DNA from: Azolla caroliniana
Taxonomy: Eukaryota > Plantae > Polypodiophyta
Assembly (NCBI GenBank): GCA_043228905.1
Contig: JBHGNT010000002.1
Coordinates: forward strand, 18,166,001 to 18,230,000
Reading direction: 5' to 3'
DNA: 64,000 nt
In this document: positions 35,683-49,700 of the stretch, piece after piece
Layout of the letters: each line of letters begins with the position of its first letter
How positions within the stretch are numbered: position 1 is the first letter of the stretch
The notes under the pieces: generated by a model
The model's database searches: none
Told to the model about the DNA's origin: nothing
What the model saw: only the letters and a program-made list of their open reading frames with translations
Program-made: the position numbers and the translations under genes

Positions 35683-38507
35683 CTAAGCGGAACAGCTTGG
35701 TCAGAATGTTTATGCTAGCTCTAGCTGAAACCTTTTTAGAAGTTCAGAATCTCTTCAGAGATGGATGAAAAGTCTATTTCTTGAGGATCTGATCAATAAG
35801 ATTGTTTCACAGATGAAACTATGGGGTTTTATGTTTTTGTTCCTTGAAATTGTGAACAGAAAATAAAAAATAGATATTCAATCCAGTAATTCAAAGGTTT
35901 CCCCCAATAGTATCACCTATTTCCTCTACCTTGCTATTACTTAAGGAAATTATACATCTTTTGATATCCATAGGGTTGACGACATGACCATTCATCTCAG
36001 AAGCAAGAGATGTGTTTCCTCCAATGAAAAATGGATCACTAATTGGAGTTGGTCTTGTGCAGAAATCTTCACCCCAAGGTATTATTACTCCTCTTGAAAT
36101 TCCAAGCTTTAAGGCAGCAGTATCAACACCAAGAGGAAATGGCGCCTCACAAATCTAGCTACTGCCACAAAACAATAATAGGTGAGTTTACGATAAATGG
36201 ACTTACATTAAATACTTAATTTTTGTAGAAATAGGGTTTCAAAGAAAAAGAGAAACTTTGATTGGTAATCGCATGAAAGACAAGTATTGTGCCATATAAA
36301 TACATCTTGTAATGAAACTTTCAACCTGAAATACTGACAGCAACAAAGACGTTAAACACAATTACAAAGCATGGTGTAGAAAACTTTGTTATTGGAACAA
36401 CTTACAGAAGCAAGAATAAAGTGTTACTATAGCAAGGTTGATGTCTAAGGAAATCTGAAGACTATTTATTTCAGGAAGTAAAGACACTTCTTACTAATGG
36501 CACCATGTAAAGACATTATCTTACAGTGAATTGGAGCTCCAAGTAATTTTATGTGAGAAGGTCTCGAATGATCACATGCTCAGGCGAATAATAATATTGC
36601 ACATTGAGGTGTTGGTGTGGCCATGAAGCAATGGAATTTGTGGTAGAAAGATGCAGGTCCAATAATCACTGTGAAGCATGGCGATCGCAAATTCCTGACA
36701 CAATTCCATTGGGCGATATTGTAACCAAATCACCCAAAGCTAAAGCATAACAAACGGCTTCATATTCAAAGTTTGTAGAAATGAAGGCTGAACAATAGGC
36801 TACTGTTTGTTGCTCTAGAATATATGACTTGGGCCAAGGATTAAAACTACATGAGTTGCTCGAACCATGATTATGGAATACTGCACATGGAGGTTCGAGA
36901 GAGAATATACAATTTGGGTTGTGCAATGGAAAGTAGAGTTTGATGAGGCTTGCAGCAAGCTGAGAGCATTAGAAATAGATAGTTTGGAGTATCCAATACA
37001 AACTAGGAAACCCATTTGCCAACAATAGGGATCCTAATGGGTTAGTGTAGAACGATAATGCTGGTGGAGAGGGAAACTGTTGAATATTCTCATGGGCATA
37101 GTTATTAGGAGATGATTACTTTCTTCTTAGCTCTGAGATCTACCAAAAACCACAATACACTACCCTCTCCATTTAGGCCAAAGACAAATATTGTAGATTG
37201 AAAGAGAGGTGACGAAATTTCCATAGATTGTACATTGCTCATGGAAACCTATCACTTTTCTTGTCAGTTCGTTCCATTTATTATTGTTAAATATGTTTCA
37301 TGACCCTTTTTTCTCCTAACTTGTTTCCTTGTATGGTTTTTCTCTTATTATCCTTGTTATTAACCAATTAAAGCCATTTATCACGTACAAGTCATGATCC
37401 TTGTTGGTCTTAACTTGTTTCCTTATATGGCTTTTCTCTTAGTATCTTTGCTATTGACCAATTAAAGCCATTTTTCCCCTATCAAGCTTTAAAGCCCCTC
37501 CATTCTGGATAATTACTGAAGGCAAATGTTCTTTTCCATTTAAGGCAAAAATATTAATTGATTTCTAACTTCGTACCTTACGACTATCTTCTTGGCAACC
37601 TCCCTTCTCTCACCCCCTGTACAAAAGCCTTGACTCAGGCATGTGTGCTCTTCCTCTCTTGGGGAAACACTAATTGTTAACAAGAAAAATAACTCCCTTT
37701 AATGTTTATTAGGGACAAGCCCAAAGGTATATCAAGCACAAACCTCAAATCTTTAACAATAACAAACCTTAAACCTGCTACTTGTTATAATGTGTAAGGG
37801 TCTAAAATGTGAAGATGGTGGTTGTCAAACACTTCTTGCCAAAACCATCTTATTAATAAAGAGCAATCATAACTTTCTTTAGCTTTATGCCTACTCATGT
37901 GTTAATTTAATCAATACCAAGAAATGCGTAAGTGGGATCTTAACTGAAAAACTTGAAAGGGGATCTATGGGTTAATATTGAGCAAGCAATAGCAATGTAC
38001 TGTCAAGTAGGCGTGGATCATCTTGACCTTGGCCATGTCACCCTTGTGATTGATTAAAAGTAAAGACAACTTAGTTGATATTGACGATGCATACTTCACT
38101 CTATACGATCGAGCAAAAAACTAAAATTTACTAGTGGACAACATAAAAACGAAGCTAATATGGTGGAATGCAATAAAATTATCCTTTGTGGCCAAGATTG
38201 TGATTGCAAATCAAATTCTAGTGGGCAATATATGTCATTGGCATGACAACAATGATGTCAAGATTTGTTCTTAGCGTCTTAAGTTCCTCATCTAATTGCT
38301 CCCAACTTCTTGAGTTTCTACCCTTATCACGTTGAGGTCCACGTTCGTAATCTTATCGGTTGTAGCCATAGTTCTAGCCATACGTCCCATTCGTGTCATA
38401 CTCAAACGCCTATATTCGTATCATACTCATACGTGAAAAGGCTCCAAGTATGATTGAAATCCATACGCAGTACATAGATATATTATATATACATATGGTG
38501 TACATAT

Positions 38508-38546
<39 letters not shown>

Positions 38547-41500
38547 GCGTGTGTGGTCTAGAGAGAGAAGTCTTGTTTTGCATGTGTGAGGAGACAATGG
38601 TTGAGTGTATATCTAGATTCTAGAGAGAGAGAGAGAGAGGAGCTATGGGTTGTCTGTGCGAGGGAGTGTGTAATATGTATATTAGATATCTAGATTTTGT
38701 AGAGAGAGATCTGTTAGTTCTCGTGTGAGAGAGAGAGAGTGTGTGTGTGTGTCAGACTGTCACTTCTATTCACAAAGAATTATGAATATAAAAAATTAAA
38801 TAAACCCAAAAAAGGTCACCAAAAAAAAAGGCCAAACGAATATCATATGCGTACGTTTGCAAACGTTTGTGTACGTCCAATAAATTGGACGTATGCGAAT
38901 ATTAGGAGCTATGGTCGTAGCCTTGTCATCTATACTTTATCATAGTCTAGCGTTGGTGTGTCTGTGACAGTTTGAATCCCTTCCAACTTGAAGCATTACC
39001 CATTTTCATCATCACCATTGCCTCTAGAGTTACCATCTTCACTGTCATTGGTTCTAGAGTTATTATTATCAACATCCCTTTGTTTTCTATCTTCCTTGCC
39101 ATCTCTATCTCTTAGTTTCTTCTCATCATTGTCTTTGTCTTTTAGATTCTTCTCATTCTTCACATCTCTATCTCTGCACTTCGTATCAGCTTCCACATCC
39201 TTATCTTTGCATTTTTTGTCATTGTCATCCTTCTCATTTCGTTTCCTATCGTTTTCATCTCAATCGAAGTGTTTCTTATTATCTTCGTCACTTTCTCTGC
39301 GTTTCCTATCTCCTTCATCCTTGGCTTTGTGTTTTCTATCATCCTTTGTATACGTGTCTTTGTATTTCTTCAGAACCTCAACATCTCGATCTCTATGTTT
39401 CTTATCCTCTTCATCTCTTTCGCCGCTTCCATCATTACCATAATTAAAGTCTTTGCTTCCAAAGTTGCTTCGTCAACATCATTGCCTTCATTGCTTTGGC
39501 TTCGACATCATCATCTTCAACCCTCTTATTGTCGTCATCAATACTACTTTGCGTAATCGTCATTTTCGTCGAGTGTTCCAATTCCCAGTGAGGACCGTGT
39601 GGGGTGGCTCACATCCATGGGTGTTCGTGTATTCGGTGAGGACCTTACATGGTCTCTCACGCTCGTTGGTGTCCTAGTTCTCGGTGAGTACCGCACATCG
39701 TCGCTCACGTCCATTGGTGTTCGTGTCTCTAGTCAGGATCGCTCATTGTTGCTCATCCCCGTTGGTGTTCCAGTTCCTGGTGAGGACCGCACATGGTCGC
39801 TCATTGCCATTGGTGTTCTCGTCTCCTATGAAGACCTGTCTTCGGTGAGGACCACACATGGTCGCTCACTCATGTTGGTGTTCTAGTCTCCGGTGAGGCT
39901 CGCACGTGGTCGCTCATGCTCCTTGGTGTTCCAGTTCCCGGTGAGGACCACACATGGTCGCTCATGTCCGTTGGTGTTCGCATCTCCGGTGAGGATTGCA
40001 CATGGTCACTCACGCTCGTTGGTGTTCCAGTTCCCAGTGAGGACCACACATGGTCGCTCATTTCCGTTGGTGTTCATGTCTTCGGTCAGGACCGTACATC
40101 GTCTCTTACACCCATTGGTGTTCATGTCTCCGATGACGATTGTACATGGTCGCTCACGCCTGTTGGTGTTCCAGTTCTCGGTGAGGACCGCACATGGTTG
40201 CTCACGTCCGTTGGTGTTCAAGTCTCCGGTGAGGACCGCACATGGTTGCTCACGTCCGTTGGTGTTCCAGTTCCCAGTGAGGACCGCACATGATCTCTCA
40301 CATCTGTTGGTGTTCGTGTCTTCGGTGAGGATTGCACATGGTTGCTCACATCCATTGGTGCTCCAGTTCCCAGTGAGGACCGCACATGATCGCTCACATC
40401 CGTTGGTGTTCTCGTCTCCGCACATGATCTCTCACATCTGTTGGTGTTCGCGTCTTCGGTGAGGATTGCACATGGTTGCTCACATCCGTTGGTGTTCCAG
40501 TTCCTAGTGAGGACCGCACATGATCGCTCACATCCGTTGGTGTTCTCGTCTCCGGTGAGGACTGCACATGACCACACATGGTCGCCCACGCCCGTTGGTG
40601 TTCCAATTCTTGGTGAGGACCGTATTGGTCGCTCACGCTTGTTGGTGTTCCAGTTCTCGGTGAGTACTGCACATGGTCGCTCACGTCCGTTGGTGTTCCA
40701 GTTCCCAATGAAGACTACACACATGGTTGCTCACGTCCGTTGGTGTTCCAGTTCCCAATGAAGACTACACATGGTTGCTCACGTCCGTTGGTGCTCCTGT
40801 CTTCGTTGAGTACCACACATGGTCGCTCACTCATGTTGGTGTTCCAATCTCCGGTGAGGCTCGCACGTGGTCGCTCATGCTCGTTGGTTTTCCAGTTCCT
40901 GATGAGGACCATCTCACACGAACGTTGCTGTTCCAATCTTCAATGAGGACCGAACGTGGTCGCCCATGCTCACGTTGGTGTTCCAGTATTTGGTGAGAAC
41001 CGTACATGGTCACTCACCCCCTTGGTGTTCAAGTCTCCGGTGAGGACCAAACATGGTTGCTCACGTTCACTCGTGTTCCTATTTCTGGCGAGGATTGCTC
41101 ATAGTCACTCACTCCTCAACGTACTTGGTTTTCTCTCTCAACTCACCCCTACACCATGCTTTCGAAAAGGTGGCCGTAAAGGGGAGGAAAATGTGTCATG
41201 TCAAGATTTGAATTGTTGACCTCTTATATATAGTCAAGTGTTGTGTTCTAACCGACACGTCCAAATATATGGTCATGTTATCTATATGTCAATAGACTAT
41301 TCGTAGATTATCTATTTTAAGTTCTATAAGTTTTTAGAAAGTTCTAGAACTAGCGGGTTCTAGAATATTCTCCCAAATATTGTAATGCATGTACTTCGAC
41401 TCATAGTATAAATACGTGTAACCGTTTTAAGGGATTCAACACCAATCATTGACACATCAATCTAGTATTCTCGTTTCGTCTCATCTTTGTCTCTTTGATC

Positions 41501-44500
41501 TTTATTTCTGTCTTCATGCTCTCACGTCGCTCATAACATCTAGAGTTCCTAGCCTTGTCACATCTAGCTCCAAGTTCATCCGTCGAGCTTAACCCCATCA
41601 TCTGTGCTTTGTCCTTGTCTATGCTTGTTGTGTTTGTGATAGAATTGAGGGGGCAAAGCTGATCCAATTTTTTAGGTACAGCACGAAGTTTGGGAGGTAA
41701 ATTATTCTAGAACAAGAACACAATAAGATTGCAACACATTAATTTTGGATACAGGAGGGCATCAGTGAAAAGAGACTAGATAAATTCTGGAAAATGATAT
41801 GGCATGACAATAATGACTGCAAGCTAATGATGTGTTTATGGCTAGTTGTGCATAGAGCCTTGCTAGTAGGGATGTAGGGTCAAGGCCCCAATGGAGAACG
41901 TAGACATAGTACTACATCTGGAGAGTTAGAAAGCATTTCCCATTGTCTTTGGGAATGTCTTGAGGCAGCGGCTGTATGCGGAAGGTCATCTAGTTCGTTC
42001 ACCCTCAACTAGGGACATGCTTCCTAGAATTGTCTTGAAGATGATGTGGCGAAATACGATAGACATGCAAAGCTATGTACAGAGGGGAGAATGGAACTGT
42101 TCGGCTGATTACTAACAATAGCGTTCGTGTAATTATTCCGTAGAAGCAAAAACTTGAGATCTATGGACGCTGCTTACACCCATTATCATATGATGCATAT
42201 GGACAACAAGGTGTACCAGGGTCTTTTCAGCAAACAAATGCCGTCTAGCTGAATCGATTAAGCTAATATAGGACACTAATAACTACACGGAGAGCTCAAT
42301 ATGAGTAGATTGATGCTATTGATGATGCTTCAGAATTAATGAGGCTGAGTTTTAGAAAACAGTGGTCTACTACATCGATGGCCACAACAAATGGAATGGT
42401 TATACGATGGTAATATGTAGTACCCAGATGGTTGTTCCCCGTCCCATTAGTTAAAAGAGGGGCATGAACGAGATGTTATGTGGGATATTGAATGCAAGTG
42501 ATGTGTATGAAAGGATGGCTAGAGACACATGCGAAAGTGTAAGGTAAATAAGTGAGATCATTCATGCATGATAGGATAGTTTAGGCAAGGCCTACTCGAG
42601 AAAGGGATCAAAGTTGTGTATATTTTAACTAATGGAGCATATTCTTTTTTGGTATTAAAAAAATAAAAAATTCTCTCCATCTTAAATTGGCCCAAGTTAG
42701 TATTTTTGTGAAGAGAAGTTTAACTATATTTGTAACTTAAGTTCTCATATATCTACATTATACATTGTTTTATGTATAGTCACTATATTATAGTTGTGCG
42801 AAAAGTCTAAACATGAGAAAGGAGTTTAAGATGTATTCCCTTGTTTGCCCTTCTACCCATTTTAGCTATTAGAGCATGTTCTTATGGCTTTCTTTTATAA
42901 AATCATTTATAAGTTGATGCATTCAGTAATTTTGAGTTTTGCTTTTCTAACTCTTGTTACATTTATTGTTGCATAACCTCTTCTCAACTGATCTAATGTG
43001 TAATTACTTGGTGTAAGATTTCCACTTTGGGTATCTTGTGTTCACCTTCAAGCATCACTTCATTTGGTGCGGCCCACTTTCCTTTCCTTCTCTAGTATCT
43101 ATAGGGTCCTCCAGATATCTACCCTATCGTCATGTGTCTCTCCAACCTTGGTTTCATAAATGATCACCTCACATTCAGTGTTCTAATATGTCATCAATGT
43201 CAATTAATGAAGACAAGTATGAAGACATCCGTAGACCAAATACAAGACAAAAATTAACGAAGATTCGGTAGAGATTAGAATGTATAGAGTGGACATGAAT
43301 GTAGGGATTCAACATTCATTCAAGCAAGACCAGTACTACATTCATTCAAGTGGGTAATGCAACAAAAAATGACTAGAGACAAAGTAATGTAACACAAAAT
43401 ATAATAAGAGTTAGAAAAGCAAAAAATAAAATTGGATGGTGTTTTAAAGATGGAATTAATAAATTTTCTATCGAATGACTATAGATATCATAAGGTAATT
43501 TGAAGAGGTCAAATTCAATATGACGTACATAAAAGCTAAAACATCATCAAATAATAACAATTAAATATCAATGGTCAAACTCCCAAATCTAAAATAATGG
43601 TAAGAGCTGTCAAAAAAATAATCTTTATAAAAGTGAATGATAACAATAAAGACAAAGAACTACAAATATATGTAAAGGTAGCAAAAGATATCAAAGGTTA
43701 AGGTTAAGATGCTTGAAAAATGAAAAGAGCACTATTATATTAAGGTTAATGTGTTGGGTGGGCTTTCAAAAGGGTACTGAAGAAAATGTTGGAATTGAAA
43801 TGCTCGATGATGGTTTGCAGCCTATAAGAACATACAGGTCTTTATATAGAATTGCATTTGCTCTTTGGAGAAAATTGCCAAGTATTTTGAGATATCTTTA
43901 GGAGAGAACACATTCCTATGTATTCAAAGACTTGTTCATCAATATATAGTAAATATCTTAATGAACAAAAAGTGTGAAGTTGTAATCCAGGGAGTGCACA
44001 TCCGATATGTAGCAATGCATTGGTTCTATCATCAAGGTGGAGATGGGAGCAACACTAATAGTGACCAAGTCATTGTCCTAACCTATGACTATTGTCCACT
44101 ATATTTGGGAACAGTACTCTAGGAAAAATGTACAATATCTTAGTGCTTATACCATCAAAAGAACTTATTGAACATTGCAATAAATTATCGTTTTTGGTAG
44201 TGAAATGCAAGTAGGGTCTACTCACTACATGGTATAACTGTAAACACACCACCCCCATTAAAATGTGGTTTGAACCATCCTTATTGAACATGTTGATAAA
44301 AGTGGAAAAGAGTAGTGATTCAAGCCTTCATTAAGTTGGAGAATCAAAGAAATTGGATCAACCCCCAAAATGTTCTTGGTACAAAGATGGCCCACTATAA
44401 TGCACTCTCTTTGTTGACGTCCCGAGGTGGACTTATTAGTATGCCTTCAACAGATAGGGCAGCGCCTTGACTCTTCACATCAGCTATAAATTGATATTGG

Positions 44501-46764
44501 CATCTGCACATGCATGCAAATTTGTGGAAGAATGGATTTGGCAATTGTGCCATGGGGGTTGGATTCCAAACAAGACTTTCACTGCCCATTATGTTGTTTG
44601 TTTATGAAACTAGAAATATATAATTACCTCTTCAACCGAGATAAAAAAGCAGAAAGCAGAAAGACATTTTGGATTATTCTTTATTGGAGACAGAAGTTTC
44701 AATCTCAATTCAAAATCTTGAGCTTTCCTTTGTTTACTTGTATTTATGCTGGTTTGTTCTCAATGATTATTCAACAATCTTGCAAGAAATTGTTTTATAT
44801 TATGGAATGCATTCACCATTGAAACTGAACACTTCATGGTTTCTTTCATATGATCTTTGATCATATGTAATATTTGTTGCATTGCTTCTGAACTGTCTCC
44901 ACGTCTTACGACTCTCTGCAATATCTTCCTGTTTTATTTTATACATCAATTTCTCCCTAGCCTCTTGCTTGTGCATATAAACATGAGTGGATGTTATAGC
45001 CTGTTAAATTTCTATAAATTCATGAAGAAGATGATAATGTTTTTTTACCGGTAGTTCTATAATGTTATGTAAAGATGACATTTATATTGTGAAACAGGAT
45101 GTAATGATGCTGAGGAATGAGGTGGAAAGGCTTCAACTACAACAAAGGTATTATATGTCCCAAGATATTCGTTCTTACCATATCTTATCAGTTTTGAACA
45201 TCAGGGTTTGTTACCATCAAGACCTTGTCACAATTGTTTCACTTATTGTTTTATGCGTTGGTGTGACTATGTTCGTTATATGATTATCATGGTTTCAATG
45301 TAGTAAATGCCCTATGTGGGCTTCCATTTCACATTGAGATCTGTGACCACGGACATACTGCATTGGTGTAAGAAAAGGTGTGTGATGCCTTGCCAATAGA
45401 TCACTACAGTTTCGCATTGTGTGAAAAGATAGAAAACAGGATTCCTTCCTATGTCTGACTCTTTGTATGAATGCTTGACCATGTTGTCATTTTAATGTTT
45501 CTTGGTGTTAGTTAGATATCCGAGCAATAATACTAATGTATGACAAAGACAATATGCATATGCATGTATACAGATTGAGGACTGGAGATACGGAAGCTCT
45601 ACGGAAGCTATCCTATGAGGATCTTAGCAAGTTGGAAGAGGAATTAGAAAATGGATTGAGAAATATCCATCACATGAAGGTAACATGTTATATTTAACCT
45701 CACTCGGTAACTTTCGTGTCAACGCTAAGTCAAGCCTCATGGAATAAGTACTGACCTTTTTCATGCTTTTATGTGTGCTACTTGTGAATGCATGTTTCTG
45801 TTTCTTCAGCATTAACAAGACCATATTTGAATATGACTCATCCATATTGTTGCCCGGATTTGGCAAAGTACTAATAAATAAGTTGCGTTAAAATACGTCT
45901 CCTCTGACAATTTTACATAAATTCAGGAGGAACTTTTGATGGCTAGCGTGGAGAACATGATCCAGAAGGTTAGTGAATCATAAGCTTTTCATGTATTTAT
46001 GTTTGTGTGTGTGTTTATTTCGTATTATGACATAATAATTTGGGCAGGAAACGCAGCTTATCAAAGAAAATGCGAGTTTGAGGAAGGAGGTGAGAACTTC
46101 ATATATATCTACATACAGGCTCTTACCTATTTGGTCGACTCAATAATTAAATCTGTACTAAATAATTTTAAAAGCATTGAATGTGAGCAAAAATAATCTG
46201 TTTCTCTTTATCCACTACATAAATGTCTACAAATATCAATAGACGTTGACCTCTCTCTCTTAATGTGCACATAAATGTTGTAGCTGATGGAATTGAGATC
46301 TCATAATCACGGTCTCCATCTGGAAGAAGACGGTAGTTATGATGCGAGCTTAGGAACATACTGGAACTCAGAGGAGGAAGAAGAAGAAGAGGAAGAAGAA
46401 GAGGAGGAAGAACAAGAAGAAGAAGGAGGAGGAGGAGAAGAAGAAGGAGAAGGAGAAGGGAAGATGATGATGGACGTCACCTCTTCTTCCCATGTTGGCT
46501 GTGGTAGATCGGACAGTGAACGTGCGTATAATAATGATCTTTTGCAACTCAGGTATCTTCTTTTCCATTTCCTTCATTCACCTGTCCATTGCGTAGAAGG
46601 AATTTTAATTGAAGGGTTATAACTTCTTGTGCTTCCAAATGCTGATAACATGTAATTTTAATCTAACTCTGGTATGATACTTTTTTTGAAGCAGACTTAG
46701 CAGTTCTTTTGATCCGGTTATGATTAATGGCAATGGAGATGAGTTGCAATTAACTTCGAGTTAA
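30036..46764 (+). CDS. MIKC-type MADS-box transcription factor, 8 exons, 302 aa
   Basis: Exons 30036-30217, 30365-30512, 45098-45147, 45574-45679, 45927-45968, 46048-46089, 46284-46552 and 46695-46764 (909 nt), all GT-AG with consistent phases. MADS domain in exon 1, K-domain helices in exons 3-6 including the classic 42+42-nt exons, acidic C-terminus containing LQLRL. Confidence 0.92.
33190..33830 (-). mobile_element. Ty1/copia integrase remnant inside MADS intron 2
   Basis: CEACQLGKQ...[33 protein letters not shown]...[10 protein letters not shown]. Confidence 0.85.
38996..39560 (-). repeat. Low-complexity ~30-bp periodic region encoding a K/D/R/E-rich repeat peptide on the minus strand
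   Basis: Units such as [30 protein letters not shown] and DRKQRDVD. Confidence 0.6.
39587..41100. repeat. 48-bp minisatellite, about 31 copies
   Basis: Consensus GTGAGGACCGCACATGGTCGCTCACGTCCGTTGGTGTTC+8-9 nt, e.g. units at 40181 and 40229. Confidence 0.95.
41178..41560 (+). mobile_element. PPT plus 3' LTR of the element carrying the minisatellite
   Basis: AAAGGGGAGGAAAA (41178-41191) followed by TGTCATG, TTCTAGAA repeats, TATAAATA at ~41408 and ...TGTCACA. Confidence 0.55.
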
Positions 46765-49700
46765 GATGATCTCAGTCAATTAAAAGGTAGGCAATGCAAA
46801 TGTATTGCTCACATGGCACCTGATATTGAAAGCTTTATTTCCGACATCTGCAAAACAACCAGAAATTCCTTTACCTTGTAAACGAGTTTTTTTCATTAGT
46901 TTTTAAGAATGGTAAGATGAGCCCTAAATCTACTGTAAAGGTTTGATCCAATCTGTACTCTAGTTCTGAGCAATGCCATGTTTCGATGTGTGGTTAACGT
47001 ATCAACTACCTCGGCAAGGTTCATGACACTTTGTTTTCTCCTGTCCAGTTCAACATTTCAGAGTTGATAACTTTCCTACATTGTAGGTGGCTTGCTGATT
47101 TCTTGTATATCATGATTCATAACTAATAAGGATACGATATGAGAGAATGAGTTTATCAATGACACTACAATTTCAAAGTCCTGAAGTGAATCTGTATGAG
47201 GAGGTTTGAGAGGTGGATAAAAATAATGTGACCTTAACTCCGTAGATCAATCTTGTCCATTACGTTGATATGGGAGCACTATATTTAGATGAAATGTTAT
47301 GCCTTTTTCAAATTAGTGAAGATTGCAGATATTTATATGCACATCCAGAAGATAACTCTTCCAACAATTCTAATTTTGGTGCGAAGTGACATGATTGGAA
47401 AGCCTCATTGTGGAAAGAATTTCATCAATTCATCTTTTCTTAACATAGGCCTATTCATTTGGAGAGCAAGTGATAGCACTTAATTCAGACTTCTATGGAG
47501 GTGAGTCTCGGATCCAGGATGACAAGCTTTTGAAATAGTGTTTTATCCTCTGATTGACCTGTTCATGACCTATGCAGGGCCATTGCAGGATATATCCATG
47601 AGCAACTGTATGAGTTAACCATGAGACTTCCATGTCTCATACAATATATCATGCTTAACGAATCCATGAAATACTTGTGATCATCTATTTCTATCCCGTG
47701 TCCAACGATGCATCATTCTCTTGAATAATGTGCTCATTTATCCATCTATTAATTACACATGAGCATTATTTTGAGAAGCTCAAAACCTGATTGGCATTTT
47801 GAAGCAAGCTAAGCCTAAATGAATAAGAAATTCACTTCACTAGCTATGATGGTTTTTAACAAACATCAATTGCTATTAGTGTAAAGTGCAACCCAAAACG
47901 TTGATTTTTATTATTGACTTCTAACTATTTGAATATTAGTGGTAATAGGAGCTATCCTAATATTATACTGCTCACTATCCTAATACTAACATTAATTAGG
48001 CTCACGATTCAACCCATCTTCTGATTATTATGGCGGTTAATCTTTTTCTTTTCTTGCTACTTGTTAGCCTTCAGCAAACTGTTAGTTGGTTTAACTTAAG
48101 AAGGGGTATGCTAGTTGCTCCAAAAATTCTAGGGTTATGGTGTTAACCTAAAATAACGTTCAAGCAGGCCAAGAGTGTCTTTTTGCTTTGTAATTTTTAT
48201 GAGTGTTTCAATATGAGTTCTACTTGCCAAGAAGCAAGGGCACTAATATTTTGGTATTGCACTTCGGATGTGATCTTAGTAAGTACAAAATTTGTGTGAT
48301 CTATAGTTTTAAAGTTTGTTCATAAATTTCTAGACAGATAATCCATAGTCTTGCAAATATACTAGATGGGTCGAGAATGGGCTATACATGAACTGCGTGG
48401 ATGTGCAATGTACTACTTATGAACATATCAAGTATTGATTATGAATTGTTACAAAGGGGAAAAGAGGTAGCTTTAAGAGATATAGGTATGCAAATGACAA
48501 TGCAATTCTATGATAGGTAAATTGACTTATGAATTGTTTAGGGATGCAATATCATGCTACGTTGATGTTTAGTAAACCCATGAATATTGGAGTTTTTATT
48601 GGCATAGAATTGTATGTGTATAAACCTTTATACCTTTCCCTAGAATGAAAGTCACATAATTATAGTAATGTTGAATAATTAAGGCAATGTCTATAACCTT
48701 TTCAATGATCTCAAGAAAGTTGTGACAAATTATAAGCATGTTAAATGCATAACTTTCCCTCTCGACCTCTTAATATTATGCCATAAGCATAATCATCTTA
48801 TTTAGCTTAGACTTGAAATCATTTTTACTAATTAATGAGAGCTTGATCATGCAATTGGTGATTTCTTATCTCTCCATTGTTTCTCTAGCAAGCATGTTGA
48901 AATGTGAGTAAGTCACGTTGTGGTTAGGTGATCATTAAGTCTCATGAATGTGAGTAGTTTGAAGAGTAAGGTTAGAGCTTTTTTAATGCTTATTTTATAT
49001 GTTAGTAGCTTGAGATTGGTTGGTGGTTATTCCCTTGTGTAATCAATGAAAGGGTAGCTAGTGATATGTTCTTCCACATCAAAGGATGTTAAATCATTGG
49101 TGCGATTGTCATTGTTTAGAATGCATGTGGCATTAGTATGCAACGAGAAACTAATACACCAAAGGAACGTCAAGGTGGACCATCATTTGTTGTGAAGCCA
49201 TTTATGGGAGAAAAAAAGGCAAGAGTCAAAGAAGCAATTTGCATGTAGCTTGGCCAATGGGGATCTCATTTTGAGCTCTATTCTCACGGACGAGTAGAAT
49301 ACAACAAAACCAAGACGAGACTAAATACTAAGAGAGAGAAGAGGCAAGAGAAAGAGAACTGAAACTCAACTTATGCTTTTGTAACTGACCTTTTTCACCT
49401 TTATCGGAATCAAGGTGCACCCAAGTATTTATACAAGAAGGTGGAGGTATGCATGCAAGCTATGCATTCTCTAGAAGTTTGTAGAAGCTCTAGTGTTCAA
49501 CATACAATGACTAAAGTTGAATTTTATGCTGAAAGTATAAGAATAGATATGTGGAAGAATGCGTATGAGGACCTTCCTAAGATGTACAACAAACAACACA
49601 TATGTAAAACAAGAAGAGAGACAAAGGATGGACATAGTTTCAAACCTTCAATGGAAGTCCTTACCTTCTCACTCTGAAACTCTTACACTCCGAGTATCAA

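Larger units (their letters stand above)
37760..42600 (+). mobile_element. Degenerate L1-type LINE fragments (37760-38255 and ~41690-42600) interrupted by other repeats
   Basis: [20 protein letters not shown] (RT C-terminus-like) near 38160-38220 and WKMIW...LWLVVHRAL...[10 protein letters not shown] (zf-RVT-like) near 41790-41960. Confidence 0.5.

Noticed and set aside
35900-37300. Possible captured gene fragment in intron 2
   Set aside because: Short broken frames with no motif I can recognise; needs BLASTX.
38988-39443. 151-aa Ser/Leu/Phe-rich membrane protein
   Set aside because: Shadow frame of a low-complexity repeat.
39587-41100. CRISPR-like array or repeat-protein genes (many overlapping ORFs)
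   Set aside because: Units are contiguous with no unique spacers and no cas genes; the 48-bp period is a multiple of 3, which explains open frames on both strands.
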